A stretch of DNA of 60,678 bases from an uncultured Lachnospiraceae bacterium (GCA_964521165.1 CAZFRA010000004.1:1-60678), one strand, 5' to 3'; counted from the first letter of the stretch, positions 9,546 through 20,312 are shown. Made by a program: numbers and translations. Notes: generated by a model from the sequence alone, not told the origin.

Positions 9546-10636
9546 TGACGAGAGATAGGAGTATAAACGTTTGGCAAGCGGGTATAATGATTTTTTTCAT
9601 TATTTTCGCAAACAAGGTACTTTTGTTGCCTTCGCTTTTTTATATCGATGCCAGCGTGGAAGGTATTTTTTGTTATTTTCTTCTTTTCGCATTGGAAATT
9701 GGACTTATTTTTTTGTTCATAATACTCAAAAAGAAGTTCCCAAACGAGTCTTTTGCCGATTTAATCAAGGCAAAATTTGGTGTGGTGACACTAAAAATAA
9801 TTTATCTTCTTCTTATTGGCTTCTTCTTTTGTAAATTGGTGTTAATTTACAATGTGACTTACATATTTTTTAAGGATTTGATATATAAAGGAAATGATAC
9901 CATACTTTTTCTTGTTTGTTTTTTGCCAGTTGTCAACTACATCGCTTTTATCGATTTGCGTGTTTTTGGACGCACTTGTCAACTCTTTTTTCCGTTAATC
10001 TTTTTGATTACCCTTTTTTGTGTGGCGATTTCTTTTATTGGAATAACTTCAACACCACTTTTCTTTCAATCAAGTGTGGGTGATGTTTTGTTTTCCAGTC
10101 TAAAACACATTTCTTCCTTTGGTGATGTGATATTTTTGTTTATCTTTATGGATAAAATTGAGTTAAAGAATGGGGATGGTAAAAAGTTATATTTATTTGC
10201 ACTTTTAGCGATTTTAATGATAATTTTGGTGGTGACTGCGTTTTATTTTTCTTACACTTTCACTTCTTTTATGCATCAATATGGCATTTTTGAAGTTCTA
10301 GGCAACATCAAAAACTATGGCGGACTTGGCAGAATTGATATGATTGCTGTTATTTTGGTGATTTTTTTAACATATTTCCAAATGGGTATATATTTGAAGT
10401 GTTTTTCCAACAGTTTTCAAATTTTTTTGCCAAAATTGGACAGAAAATATTCACTCATTACTTTCGACCTTATTTTCATCTTTGTCGTTGAACTTGTCAT
10501 TCGCAATCTTGAACGGACAATTGTATATGGCGAAAGTGTACTGCCGTATCTTTCAATAATTTCCTTTGTTATCATTCCAACTTGTGTTATCATCTTTCTT
10601 ATCATCAAAAAGCGGGGTGAAAAGTGGAGAAAATAA
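9545..10636 (+). CDS. Spore germination receptor, B subunit (GerAB-type permease, APC-like)
   Basis: About 10 predicted TM helices, 363 aa. The start overlaps the A subunit stop (TAATG). Confidence 0.85.
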   Translation: MTRDRSINVWQAGIMIFFIIFANKVLLLPSLFYIDASVEGIFCYFLLFALEIGLIFLFIILKKKFPNESFADLIKAKFGVVTLKIIYLLLIGFFFCKLVLIYNVTYIFFKDLIYKGNDTILFLVCFLPVVNYIAFIDLRVFGRTCQLFFPLIFLITLFCVAISFIGITSTPLFFQSSVGDVLFSSLKHISSFGDVIFLFIFMDKIELKNGDGKKLYLFALLAILMIILVVTAFYFSYTFTSFMHQYGIFEVLGNIKNYGGLGRIDMIAVILVIFLTYFQMGIYLKCFSNSFQIFLPKLDRKYSLITFDLIFIFVVELVIRNLERTIVYGESVLPYLSIISFVIIPTCVIIFLIIKKRGEKWRK

Positions 10637-11856
10637 AAAAATGTTTCAAACTTATCACAAAATATCCAATGATGATTATCCTTCTTCTCATTGTCCTTTT
10701 TTATGGCTCCATCGCGCTTGGAAAAGTGGCAGAGATTGATGAATACGCCGTTATTACTGCCATCGGTCTTGATAAGGCAGAAGACGACATAGTCGAACTT
10801 TCGCTTTTAACGTTTGTGCCAATTGTTGCGCAGAACTTTGCTGAACAATATGAAGTTGTAAAAGCGTCCGGTGAAACGGTGGCAGAAGCGATTGATTTTG
10901 CCGGACTGTATCTTGGGCGTAAAGTGGGGCTTTCTCATGTGGAAATGGTGGTGATAAACGAGCAGTTTTTCGAAGAAGATCTCTCAACCGAAATTGACTA
11001 TTTAAGGCGTGACACTAACCTTTCTCTTTCCACAACAATAATTTGTACAGACGCGAAAGCAGTGGATTTTCTGATGACCGTTAAAGACTTCAACACTTCA
11101 AGTTCGGTGAAGGCGGATGAGCTTTTGCAGTATAACGAAAAATATGTTTACGCCAGTGAAAGCACATTCGATACGTTTTATAAAGGTATATTCAGTCCGA
11201 CCAAAAGTGAGATTGTGTCTTTCATAACTCTAACATCTGAAGAAGGCGACGGCATATCCATTTCAGCCTCGACAAGCGAGTCGAGCGAAGGGGGAGATAC
11301 AGGGAGCGGGCAGAAAAAGAAAATTTTAAACGACGGGCAAGCTGTTCTATGTAAAAAAGGCAAAAAAGTGGCGAAACTATCTAAAGAAGAGATGAAATGC
11401 TTAAACCTTCTAAAAGGTAATTTCAACACAGGCTCAATCACCATCGAAGATTTTTCGGACGACACATTCCAAAATGCAAGGTTAACTTTTGAACTTTTTG
11501 ACAATAAACTCAATATGCAAGTAAGATTCGAAAATGGTGTGCCAGTTGTTTATATGAATTCCAAAATTTTTATTAAGCTTACCGAAGTGGATACCGACGA
11601 TATCTTGGTGGAAAATGTCGAATTCAAAAGCCTATCCGATAAAGCGATTAAGGCACTGGAAGGCAAAGTGAAGAGTTTAATGAAGCAGGGGATGGATATT
11701 TTGCGAGAAAATAAAACCGATATAATCGACTTATATACCACCTTAAATAACTCAAACCACAAAAAGATGCAAGAGTTTCTGAATAGGCTTGAAAATAAGG
11801 ATGAGTTTTTGAGTTATGTCGTTTTCAAGGTTTCTCCGCAAATATATTCAAATTAA
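10624..11856 (+). CDS. Spore germination receptor, C subunit (Ger(x)C family), with no canonical lipobox
   Basis: Conserved IDEYAVITAIGLDK start of the GerxC domain; length is typical. GTG start with SD ggggtga overlaps the B subunit gene. The N-terminal hydrophobic helix ends GSIALGK, with no Cys. Confidence 0.8.
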   Translation: MEKIKKCFKLITKYPMMIILLLIVLFYGSIALGKVAEIDEYAVITAIGLDKAEDDIVELSLLTFVPIVAQNFAEQYEVVKASGETVAEAIDFAGLYLGRKVGLSHVEMVVINEQFFEEDLSTEIDYLRRDTNLSLSTTIICTDAKAVDFLMTVKDFNTSSSVKADELLQYNEKYVYASESTFDTFYKGIFSPTKSEIVSFITLTSEEGDGISISASTSESSEGGDTGSGQKKKILNDGQAVLCKKGKKVAKLSKEEMKCLNLLKGNFNTGSITIEDFSDDTFQNARLTFELFDNKLNMQVRFENGVPVVYMNSKIFIKLTEVDTDDILVENVEFKSLSDKAIKALEGKVKSLMKQGMDILRENKTDIIDLYTTLNNSNHKKMQEFLNRLENKDEFLSYVVFKVSPQIYSN

Positions 11857-12073
11857 ATTCAAAATTTGACATAATTTTTTTAAATTATGCCGTAGAAAAG
11901 TTGTTTTTCTTTTTGTTTTGTGTTAAAATAACATCAGTATTGTTATTTTTGATAACAGACGAAAAACAAAGTTGATTTTAAATTGTCTTTTGAATAACCT
12001 TTTAAGAGATTTGAATATATTGTAAGGAAACATCAAAAGCAATATCATACTTTTCTAAAATAAAGGAGAATAT

Positions 12074-14329
12074 ATGAACGAAAAAAAGCAAGGTGGTTTC
12101 AAACTTTCCTATCTTATCGTTTTCTTGGTCGTTGTTTTGTTGATATGTTTACTTTGGATTGATTTTGGAAATAACGGTCAAAAAATCGAATGGACGGACG
12201 CACTTACTTATATTGAAAACACTGTTGATGGAAGTTCGGAACAGGACACACCAAAAGTTTCCTACATTTATTTTAAAAACGGAACAGCATATCTTTTGAT
12301 TGTTGGAAGTGATTATGCTGTAAGCGACCTTCCAAACTATTCTGATTATTATTTTAGTTATGACTCCGACATTAAGGCACAATTCGATAGTTATTTTGCC
12401 GAAAATCCAAATGCAAGAGAGGCTATCGGCGTTGGTTATGCAGCGGCAGGTGTAAGTTTCTGGGATATTTTGGTTCCTATCCTTTACATTTGCTTTGCTA
12501 TTTTCGTTATCTGGATGATATACAAAATGATTGCAGGCACCAACAAAGGCGCTCTCAATTTCGGCAAAACCAAAGTGAAATCATATTCGATGAGCAGGGT
12601 TAAGTTTGATGATATTGCTGGAATGGAAGAAGAAAAAGCAGAACTTCAAGAAATTGTTGAATTTTTGAAAAATCCAAAGAAATTTACCGACCTTGGCGCA
12701 AGAATACCAAAAGGCGTTTTGCTTGTTGGTCGTCCGGGAACAGGTAAGACTTTGTTGGCAAGAGCAGTTGCTGGCGAAAGCAAAGTGCCTTTTATTTCCA
12801 TAAGCGGTTCTGACTTTGTGGAAATGTTTGTCGGTGTGGGTGCATCTCGTGTGAGAGATTTATTCGACCAAGCAAAGAAGAACAAACCTTGTATTGTCTT
12901 TATCGACGAAATTGATGCTGTTGGGCGTCAAAGAGGTGCTGGTCTTGGCGGTGGCAACGACGAAAGAGAGCAAACTTTGAACCAACTTCTTGTTGAAATG
13001 GATGGTTTTGAATCTAACGAAGGTATCATCGTGCTTGCAGCAACAAACAGAAGTGATATTTTGGATCCTGCACTTATGCGTCCGGGGCGTTTTGACAGAC
13101 AAATTTATGTTCACATTCCTGATGTTAAGGGCAGAGAAGGAATTCTTCGCATTCACGCAAGAAACAAACCAATTGACGAAAGTGTCGATTTTTCCGTGCT
13201 TGCTCGTATAACAAGCGGTTTTACTGGCGCTGATATTGAAAATATGCTCAACGAAAGTGCCATTCTCGCTGCTCGTGCTGGTCGACCAAAAATTATTATG
13301 GAAGATATCACTGAAGGTATTAACAAAGTGATTATGGGACCGCAAAAGAAGAGTCACGTCATCACAAAAAAGGAAAGAAAACTCACAGCATATCACGAAT
13401 CTGGTCACGCCATTTTGGCGAAATCTTTGAAAAATTGCGACGATGTGCAAGAAGTTTCCATAATTCCACGCGGTAGCGCAGGCGGTTACACAATGAGCCG
13501 TCCGGAAACTGACGACCTTATGATGACTGTTGGAAAGGCAAACGACACAATCGCAATGAGTATGGGCGGAAGAGTTGCCGAAGAAATTATTTTCAAAGAC
13601 ATCACAAGTGGGGCATACTCCGACATCCAACAAGCAACAAAAATTGCTCGTGCAATGGTGTATGAATGGGGTATGAGTAAAAAGATAGGATTCCTTTCTC
13701 TTGCATCGGGAAACGAAATTTTTATTGGTCGTGATTATCAAACCCGAAACGATTTCTCCGAAAAATTGGCGGGTGTTGCCGACGATGAAATTATGGCAAT
13801 TATGAACAAAAACTATAAACGCGCGAAGGAAATTTTAACCGAAAAAATTGACCTTTTGCACGAAATGGCGAAACTTTTGATGGAAAGAGAAACCATATAC
13901 AAAGAAGAAGTTGATATGATAATGGAAGGTAAGAAGACCGAAGAAATTATCACCATTATGGATGCTAAAGAAAAATTACAAAAAGAAAAGGAAGATAAGA
14001 TAAGAGCCGAAAAAGCGAAATACGACAAATTGAAGGCGTTTGAAGCAAAAATCAAAGAAGGCGAAAAACTTGTTAGCATTGGTGTGTTGGCAAAAGAAGA
14101 ATTGGATGCGATTAAGAAGGAATATGAAGCATACAAGAAAGAAGTTGAACATTCAGAAGAAACAACTGAAGTAATCGAAGAACAGACCGATGTGAAAGAA
14201 AGCGAAATTGTTGTGGAAACAAAAGAAGAAGATAATAGTTCGTCGGCAGAAGAAGCGAAAGAAGAAAATTCTGAAAAAAACAAAGACAAAGAAAATCGCA
14301 ATAAAAAAAGTGACAAGAAGGAAAACTAG
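12074..14329 (+). CDS. ftsH: ATP-dependent zinc metalloprotease FtsH with a long Lys/Glu-rich C-terminal extension
   Basis: Two N-terminal TM helices, Walker [34 protein letters not shown], zinc motif HESGHA. Confidence 0.95.
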   Translation: MNEKKQGGFKLSYLIVFLVVVLLICLLWIDFGNNGQKIEWTDALTYIENTVDGSSEQDTPKVSYIYFKNGTAYLLIVGSDYAVSDLPNYSDYYFSYDSDIKAQFDSYFAENPNAREAIGVGYAAAGVSFWDILVPILYICFAIFVIWMIYKMIAGTNKGALNFGKTKVKSYSMSRVKFDDIAGMEEEKAELQEIVEFLKNPKKFTDLGARIPKGVLLVGRPGTGKTLLARAVAGESKVPFISISGSDFVEMFVGVGASRVRDLFDQAKKNKPCIVFIDEIDAVGRQRGAGLGGGNDEREQTLNQLLVEMDGFESNEGIIVLAATNRSDILDPALMRPGRFDRQIYVHIPDVKGREGILRIHARNKPIDESVDFSVLARITSGFTGADIENMLNESAILAARAGRPKIIMEDITEGINKVIMGPQKKSHVITKKERKLTAYHESGHAILAKSLKNCDDVQEVSIIPRGSAGGYTMSRPETDDLMMTVGKANDTIAMSMGGRVAEEIIFKDITSGAYSDIQQATKIARAMVYEWGMSKKIGFLSLASGNEIFIGRDYQTRNDFSEKLAGVADDEIMAIMNKNYKRAKEILTEKIDLLHEMAKLLMERETIYKEEVDMIMEGKKTEEIITIMDAKEKLQKEKEDKIRAEKAKYDKLKAFEAKIKEGEKLVSIGVLAKEELDAIKKEYEAYKKEVEHSEETTEVIEEQTDVKESEIVVETKEEDNSSSAEEAKEENSEKNKDKENRNKKSDKKEN

Positions 14330-14332
14330 ATA

Positions 14333-15184
14333 ATGGAAGAAAAAGAAAACGATTTGAATGAGATTTTAGACGAAAAAATTGAAAATGCGGAAGCAGAAAA
14401 TGTGGAAGAAACTGTTGTAAGTGATTCGGAAAATACGATGGAAACTGAAGAAGTCGTTGAAGAAAAAGTTTTAACCGATGAAGAGTTATATGCTAAGATT
14501 CAAACCGAAAAACTTTTGAAAAAGCAGAAAGTTAAGAAGATATCCACAATTTCTGTTATGAGCGTTGTTCTGGCGCTTGTTATTGTGGTGGTATGTTTGG
14601 CATCAATTCCACTTAACTTGAAGCCATACTTTTTCAACAACGAATATATCGCGTATGTCTATATTGACGACTACTCCAATTCCACCACTACTGGTATGAT
14701 GTCAAGCACAACAAATGAGAAAGAATATAACAACTTGCGCAGCCTTATCGACAGTATGTTCAACCAAACATATTTCTCTGCGCTCTTCAATGGCAGCGTG
14801 TTTAGTTACAATATCACCGAAAGTGACCGTATGACGTATAGCACTTTTCGTTCTGCATTAACTAACGGCTCGTATGGTGACTATATTCGTTTAGAGTTTA
14901 TAGAAGAACAAACTTTGCTTAACAAGGATGGTAGCCGCTATTCTTCAACTCGTTATCCATCTTTGGTGACCTACTTCACTTTCACAGAAGCATATATGCT
15001 CATATCTGACGAAGAAGGTGACACCGATTGCACAATTTATTTTGTCGTTCAATATATTAACAGAAATGAGAATTCTTCAAGTTATGGCGAAGTTGTGTCG
15101 GGAAGTTCAGACACATATGTGATTAAGATGACAACTTTTGCTGAAACGTATCAAATTTATGAACATTTCGCTTCGGAAGAATAA
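14333..15184 (+). CDS. Hypothetical single-pass membrane protein with an acidic N-terminus and a Ser/Thr/Tyr-rich extracytoplasmic domain
   Basis: Starts 3 nt after the ftsH stop. One TM helix (ISTISVMSVVLALVIVVVCLASIPL). No family recognised. Confidence 0.6.
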   Translation: MEEKENDLNEILDEKIENAEAENVEETVVSDSENTMETEEVVEEKVLTDEELYAKIQTEKLLKKQKVKKISTISVMSVVLALVIVVVCLASIPLNLKPYFFNNEYIAYVYIDDYSNSTTTGMMSSTTNEKEYNNLRSLIDSMFNQTYFSALFNGSVFSYNITESDRMTYSTFRSALTNGSYGDYIRLEFIEEQTLLNKDGSRYSSTRYPSLVTYFTFTEAYMLISDEEGDTDCTIYFVVQYINRNENSSSYGEVVSGSSDTYVIKMTTFAETYQIYEHFASEE

Positions 15185-15290
15185 TATAAATTTGGGCGGC
15201 GATGTGGAAACACAAAATTAACTTTTCCTTTAAAAAATAAAATTTAAACCTAAAATTTGTCAACTTTTTTGAAAAATTTTCGAAAATTGG

Positions 15291-15319
15291 TTGACAAATT
15301 TTTTATATTATGCTAAACT
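15291..15319 (+). promoter_or_regulatory. Sigma A-type promoter of rplJL
   Basis: TTGACA (15291-15296), 17-nt spacer, TGcTAAACT extended -10. Confidence 0.6.
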
Positions 15320-15446
15320 TGCAAAGTAAAAAATCTTCCAAAGACAGCAAGTGCTTTTGCGTAAACGACTTTGTCGTGCTTGCCTAGGAAAAGAACATAG
15401 GTTGAATTTTTCTCTGTGGCCTTTTCCGTGCTTACAGAGATTTTTT
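15320..15446 (+). promoter_or_regulatory. Ribosomal protein L10 leader (autoregulatory 5' UTR) with a terminator-like hairpin
   Basis: Structured, GC-richer leader immediately upstream of rplJ. Hairpin tctctgt...acagaga (15411-15440) followed by a T6 run. Confidence 0.55.
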
Positions 15447-15486
15447 ATATAGAAACACAAAATTTATTTAAAAGGGGGTATAGAAA

Positions 15487-16002
15487 ATGAGTGCTAATTT
15501 TGAGGCAAAAAAACAACTTGTTGAAGAAATTAAAGAAAAATTTTCTAAGGCAAAAACTATTGCTTTTGTTGAATACCGTGGCAGGAATGTTGAAGAAGAC
15601 ACAAAAATGCGTCGCGAATTTAAGCAAAACGGTTGTGAATATAAAGTATACAAAAATCGCTTGATGTTTAAAGCACTTTCTGACCTTGGTATTGAGTGTT
15701 CTGCAAATTACTTTGAAGGCACCACTGCTGTTGCTCTTGGTTATGAAGATGAAGTCGCTCCTGCAAAAATCATTTGCGACACAATCACAAAAACCAAAAA
15801 GATGGCTATCAAATTTGGAATTTTAAATGGTGTTTGCGTTCAAGCAAAAGACATCGAAGAACTTGCAAAACTTCCTTCAAAGGAAGAACTTATTGCAAAA
15901 CTTCTGGGAACTTTGAACAATCCAATTGTAAGTTTGTGCAGAGTTCTTCAAGCTCCATCTCGTGGACTTGTGGTTGCATTGAATGCGGTTGCAACCAAAT
16001 AA
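15487..16002 (+). CDS. rplJ: 50S ribosomal protein L10
   Basis: Typical L10 sequence (KKQLVEEIKEKFSKAKTIAFVEYRG); SD aagggggt. Confidence 0.95.
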   Translation: MSANFEAKKQLVEEIKEKFSKAKTIAFVEYRGRNVEEDTKMRREFKQNGCEYKVYKNRLMFKALSDLGIECSANYFEGTTAVALGYEDEVAPAKIICDTITKTKKMAIKFGILNGVCVQAKDIEELAKLPSKEELIAKLLGTLNNPIVSLCRVLQAPSRGLVVALNAVATK

Positions 16003-16047
16003 AACTTACCGCATAAATTCAGTTTAGTTTAAAAGGAGAAAATTAAA

Positions 16048-16425
16048 ATGGCTGATATCAAAAAAATTGTTGAAGAAATCGAAAAATTAACTATCGTTGA
16101 AGTTTCTGACCTTGTTAAAGCGTTGGAAGAAAAATTTGGAGTTTCTGCTGCTGCTCCTATTGCAGTTGCTGCTGCTCCTGCTGCTGGCGCTCCAGCTGCC
16201 GCTGCTGAAGAAAAGAGCGAATTCAATATCTTCTTGAAAGAAATTGGAGATAAGAAAATTGATGTTATCAAAATTGTTAGAGAAATCACTGGTCTTGGAC
16301 TTAGTGAAGCAAAAGCAGTTGTTGATGGTGCACCAAAAATGGTAAAAGAAAATGTTCCAGCTGCTGAAGCAAAAGAAGTCGAAGCAAAATTCAAAGAAGC
16401 AGGCGCTGTTGTTGAATTACAATAA
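16048..16425 (+). CDS. rplL: 50S ribosomal protein L7/L12
   Basis: N-terminal dimerisation helix, Ala-rich hinge, C-terminal domain [16 protein letters not shown]...EAGAVVELQ. Confidence 0.97.
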   Translation: MADIKKIVEEIEKLTIVEVSDLVKALEEKFGVSAAAPIAVAAAPAAGAPAAAAEEKSEFNIFLKEIGDKKIDVIKIVREITGLGLSEAKAVVDGAPKMVKENVPAAEAKEVEAKFKEAGAVVELQ

Positions 16426-16448
16426 TTTAACTTAAAATTTTGTGTTTC

Positions 16449-16484
16449 AAAAAAATACACTTAGGTTATAAGTGTATTTTTTTA
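16449..16484 (+). terminator. Intrinsic terminator after rplL
   Basis: Stem atacactta/taagtgtat (16455-16463 / 16469-16477) flanked by an A run and a T run. Confidence 0.8.
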
Positions 16485-16606
16485 TTGAAAGAATTAATTT
16501 AATAGACTAAAAATTTATCGTAAAGTTTTAATATAGTTTAAAATTTTAAATTGCTTTGAAGTGGACTTCATAAAATAAATTCAAATTATCAAACACACAA
16601 TGTGTG

Positions 16607-17995
16607 TCACTTTAAGAATATTTTAATCAATTTATCCTTTGTTTTTGTGATTGGTTGATATCGCATTGGAAGGTCAAGCCAAGTTTTTTTGTTTAACACA
16701 CTTTTATAATGTGAAAAAGTGTCAAATCCAAATTTACCGTGATACCCACCAATTCCACTTTGTTTAAGACCGCCAAAAGCAAGGTGCGGTGTGGCAAGAT
16801 GAATGATTGTGTCATTCACGCAACCACCGCCAAAATCACAAGAATTAATAAACCACTCTTGATTTTTCTTGGAAGATGAAAAAACATAAAAAGCAAGAGG
16901 TTTATTTAAAGTTTGAAGTTTATTAATCGCTTCTTCATTAGATTCAAAGGTGACAATTGGAAGAAGTGGTCCAAAAATTTCTTCTTGCATTATTTCGTCT
17001 TCAAATGAAGCTTCAACAATTGTAGGTTCAATTTTTAGTGTGTTTTTGTCGTTATTTCCGCCACATATAATTTTACTCACTTTTTGAAGGTGGCAGAGTT
17101 TGTCAAACTGCTTTTCATTGATTATTTTTGGGAAATTATCGTTTTGGATAGGATTTTCTGTGTATTGTTTCACAATTTGTTTTTTAAGTTCTGCAATAAG
17201 TTTATCTTTAATATTTTTGTGGCAATATATATAGTCAGGAGCCACGCAAGTTTGTCCAGCATTTAAAAATTTACCAAAAACTATTCTTTTGGCAGAAAGT
17301 GGTAAATTTGCTGTTTCGTCGACAACACAAGGACTTTTGCCACCAAGTTCAAGTGTGACAGGGGTGAAGTGTTCACTTGCTTTTCGCATAATTGTTTTGC
17401 CAATTTGAGTGCTTCCGGTAAAAAAGATATAGTCAAAATCAAGATCCAAAAGAAAATCACATTCTTCTCTTCCGCCCATAACAACCAAAACTTCTTTTTC
17501 AGAAAATGTCTTTTTAATAAGTTTTTCAATAACTTTTTGAACATTTTGTGAAGTCTTACTTGGTTTTAAGACAATACTATTGCCGGCACTTATTGCGTCC
17601 ACCATCGGCTCAATTGAAAGCATAAATGGATAGTTCCAAGGACTTATTATAAGAACAAGTCCGTAAGGAGATGGTATTCGATAACTTTTAGATGGGAATT
17701 GTGAGATTGGGGTGTAAACTTTTTTAGGTTTTGAAAATTTTCGCAAGTGTTTCACCATATAACTAATTTCACTTAAGACAAGACCAATCTCACTCATATA
17801 TGCTTCTTCTTTTGATTTGTTTAAATCAAGTTTTAGTGCTTCATAAATTTCATCTTGCATCCCTATTATGTTTTTCTTTAACTTTTTTAAAATTTTAATT
17901 CTGTATTTGTAATTTTTTAATAGACTCGTTTTAAAACTTTCTTTTTGAGTTGCGATTTTTTTTAATATTTCCGCTTTTTCCATATTTTTCTCCAT
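16607..17995 (-). CDS. NAD(P)-dependent aldehyde dehydrogenase (class 3-like)
   Basis: Motifs ELGGKSP, catalytic GQTCVAPDY, EEIFGP. Confidence 0.9.
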   Translation of the reverse strand: MEKNMEKAEILKKIATQKESFKTSLLKNYKYRIKILKKLKKNIIGMQDEIYEALKLDLNKSKEEAYMSEIGLVLSEISYMVKHLRKFSKPKKVYTPISQFPSKSYRIPSPYGLVLIISPWNYPFMLSIEPMVDAISAGNSIVLKPSKTSQNVQKVIEKLIKKTFSEKEVLVVMGGREECDFLLDLDFDYIFFTGSTQIGKTIMRKASEHFTPVTLELGGKSPCVVDETANLPLSAKRIVFGKFLNAGQTCVAPDYIYCHKNIKDKLIAELKKQIVKQYTENPIQNDNFPKIINEKQFDKLCHLQKVSKIICGGNNDKNTLKIEPTIVEASFEDEIMQEEIFGPLLPIVTFESNEEAINKLQTLNKPLAFYVFSSSKKNQEWFINSCDFGGGCVNDTIIHLATPHLAFGGLKQSGIGGYHGKFGFDTFSHYKSVLNKKTWLDLPMRYQPITKTKDKLIKIFLK

Positions 17996-18282
17996 TTTAA
18001 ATATAAAATTTGCTTATTATAAGCATTTTAATTCTATCGTATAATTTATTTTTTTGTCAAACAAATTTAAATTTTGATAAAAATTTTATAATCATTAAAT
18101 AAAATAGGTAACAATTTTCATTTATTTATATTTTGAAGCATCTGCTTGCTTTTTAAAATTACTAACAGAGAACACTTATGATTGCATTGTGACACAATTA
18201 AGTTTATATGTTAATGATTTAATTTTATTTGTGCTAGTAGATTTTTATATAAATTTTATATATTTAAAGGGTGTAAGTTTCC

Positions 18283-19785
18283 TTAAAATAGGGCTTCTTC
18301 GTAAGTTTCTGGTGGTGTAATGCCCAAAAGTTTAAGAACGGTCGGAGCTACGTTTGTTATGGTTTTTCTTTTCTTTAATTTTGCTTTTTTGTTCTTTTCA
18401 CTAACAAGAATGAAAGGAACAGGATTTGTTGTGTGGCTAGTTATTTTGTTGCCATTTTTGTCGATCATCTCTTCGGCGTTGCCGTGGTCAGCTGTGATAA
18501 TACAATCTCCGCCAACCATCAAAGTGGCAAGGGCGACAGTGTAAGCACATTTATCAACGCACTTTATTGCTTCTTTCGTGCTTTCAAAATTTCCAGTGTG
18601 ACCAATCATATCCGGATTGGAAAAGTTCACCAAAATATAGTCATACTTCATACTTTCAATCGCTTCAATCACTGTTTCCATAATTTCCAGCGCGCGCATT
18701 TTTGGATATTTAGAAAAATCTTTAACATTGATAGAGTCGATGAGCTTTCGGTCTTCGTTTTTATATGGTTTTTCGATTCCGCCGTTAATAAAAAAGGTGA
18801 CGTGCGCATACTTCGTTGTTTCGGAAGTATGGAATTGTTTAAGTCCATTTTCCGAAATAATGCTGGCAAGGTTATCTTCGATGATAATTGGCGGATAGAG
18901 TATGTTGAGATTTTTTAGGTCGGCAGAATACTCCGTCATTGTTGTGAAAAGGAGATTGTTGAATTTTTTCGTTTTAAACTCTTTGAAATTCTTATCCGTA
19001 ACTGCTGTGGAAAGTTCGATTGCTCTGTCCGTTCGGTAGTTGAAGAAGATAACACTGTCGTTTTCTTTGAAAGTGCCGTTTTTGTCTATACTGCAAGGTT
19101 CGATAAACTCGTCGGTGATACCTTCGTTATACATTGACTTAATCGCTGTCTCAATATTGTCAAATTCACTGCCGACGCCGTCGACAAACAGGCGATAGGC
19201 TTTTTCCACGCGGTCAAAACGTTTTTCTCTGTCCATCGCATAAACTCTTCCTATGCAACTAGCAAATTTAATATTTGTTCCTTTAAACTTTTCTTGCGCT
19301 TCCTTCACATATTTAATTCCATTATGAACATCGGTGTCGCGACCATCCAAAATAGCGTGAATATAGATGTTTTTTATATCGAAATTTTTACACATTGAAA
19401 TTATGGTATAGGCGTGTTCAATTTGCGAGTGTACACCGCCGTCAGAAAATAAACCAACAAGGTGTAAAGAAGAACTGTTCTTTTCTGCGTGAGTGAGAGC
19501 TTTGATTAGAGCAGGATTTTCGAAAAATTTTCCGCTTTCAATATCTTTGTTTATTCTCATAAGGTCTTGCCAGATAAGGCGACCGGCGCCGATAGATAAA
19601 TGTCCGACTTCCGAATTGCCCATTTGACCTTTTGGAAGACCAACCGCCAAACCGCTGGCTTTTAAAAGAGTGTGTGGATATTGTTTTTTTAGTTTGTCGA
19701 GATAAGGCGTGCCTTGGCTTTTGATAGCGTTACCAAATCTTTGTCTCTTTTCGCCAAATCCGTCCAAAATAACCAATGTAACCAT
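18283..19785 (-). CDS. gpmI: 2,3-bisphosphoglycerate-independent phosphoglycerate mutase
   Basis: MVTLVILDGFG, GNSEVGHLSIGAGR, DGRDT, ADHGNAE. Confidence 0.95.
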   Translation of the reverse strand: MVTLVILDGFGEKRQRFGNAIKSQGTPYLDKLKKQYPHTLLKASGLAVGLPKGQMGNSEVGHLSIGAGRLIWQDLMRINKDIESGKFFENPALIKALTHAEKNSSSLHLVGLFSDGGVHSQIEHAYTIISMCKNFDIKNIYIHAILDGRDTDVHNGIKYVKEAQEKFKGTNIKFASCIGRVYAMDREKRFDRVEKAYRLFVDGVGSEFDNIETAIKSMYNEGITDEFIEPCSIDKNGTFKENDSVIFFNYRTDRAIELSTAVTDKNFKEFKTKKFNNLLFTTMTEYSADLKNLNILYPPIIIEDNLASIISENGLKQFHTSETTKYAHVTFFINGGIEKPYKNEDRKLIDSINVKDFSKYPKMRALEIMETVIEAIESMKYDYILVNFSNPDMIGHTGNFESTKEAIKCVDKCAYTVALATLMVGGDCIITADHGNAEEMIDKNGNKITSHTTNPVPFILVSEKNKKAKLKKRKTITNVAPTVLKLLGITPPETYEEALF

Positions 19786-19843
19786 AAATTTTCTCCTATT
19801 AATAGGATAAACTTTTAAACGCGAAAAGTCAAATATTTTTCAC

Positions 19844-20167
19844 TTAATCCAAATCTTTCTTGCTGGCATCTTTGATAGTGTTGTTGTCACTTTCGGTTGG
19901 CACTTTTTCTGTGTCTGCTTCAATATTGGCAAGTTTCACATTTTCTTTTTTCTTTTTACGCTCAAAAACTTTCAAACTTCCTTTGTTTACAATGATACGG
20001 ATGATTAGATAAAGACAGCCGGCGCCGATGGCGATGTAGCATAACCGCGAAAAAATGCTTGCTTGAAAACCAAAAAAGCCAGCTATAAAATCGTATTGCA
20101 AAAGTCCAATCAAGAGCCAATTCACACAACCTGCGATAGTCAACAAAAAAGCGATAAAAGTGAGCAT
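19844..20167 (-). CDS. DUF378-family small membrane protein with a charged C-terminal tail
   Basis: Typical AGCVNWLLIGLLQYDFIAGFFG motif; two TM helices. Confidence 0.75.
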   Translation of the reverse strand: MLTFIAFLLTIAGCVNWLLIGLLQYDFIAGFFGFQASIFSRLCYIAIGAGCLYLIIRIIVNKGSLKVFERKKKKENVKLANIEADTEKVPTESDNNTIKDASKKDLD

Positions 20168-20283
20168 AAAAACACCTCTAACTTATTTTGTTGCAAGATT
20201 TTTTCTTTTATTCTTCAAAAAATCTAACTTTTTATAATATTTTTGCATAACTTAAATATGATAACAAAAAGTTGTTAAATTGC

Positions 20284-20312
20284 TTGACTTTTTTTTATAT
20301 TTTAAGTATAAT
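20284..20312 (+). promoter_or_regulatory. Sigma A-type promoter of greA
   Basis: TTGACT, 17-nt spacer, TATAAT. Confidence 0.6.

Noticed and set aside
12860-13741. 293-aa minus-strand ORF
   Set aside because: It lies entirely antisense to the highly conserved AAA+ core of ftsH. Its Cys/His/Phe/Asn-rich composition is typical of a shadow frame. No SD and no recognisable motif.
13813-14316. 167-aa Ser/Phe/Leu-rich minus-strand ORF
   Set aside because: It is the antisense product of the GAA/AAG-rich FtsH tail. It is low-complexity mirror sequence, not a gene.
16029-16460. 143-aa Ala/Ser-rich minus-strand ORF
   Set aside because: It lies antisense to rplL. The Ala run is the reverse complement of the L7/L12 hinge codons.
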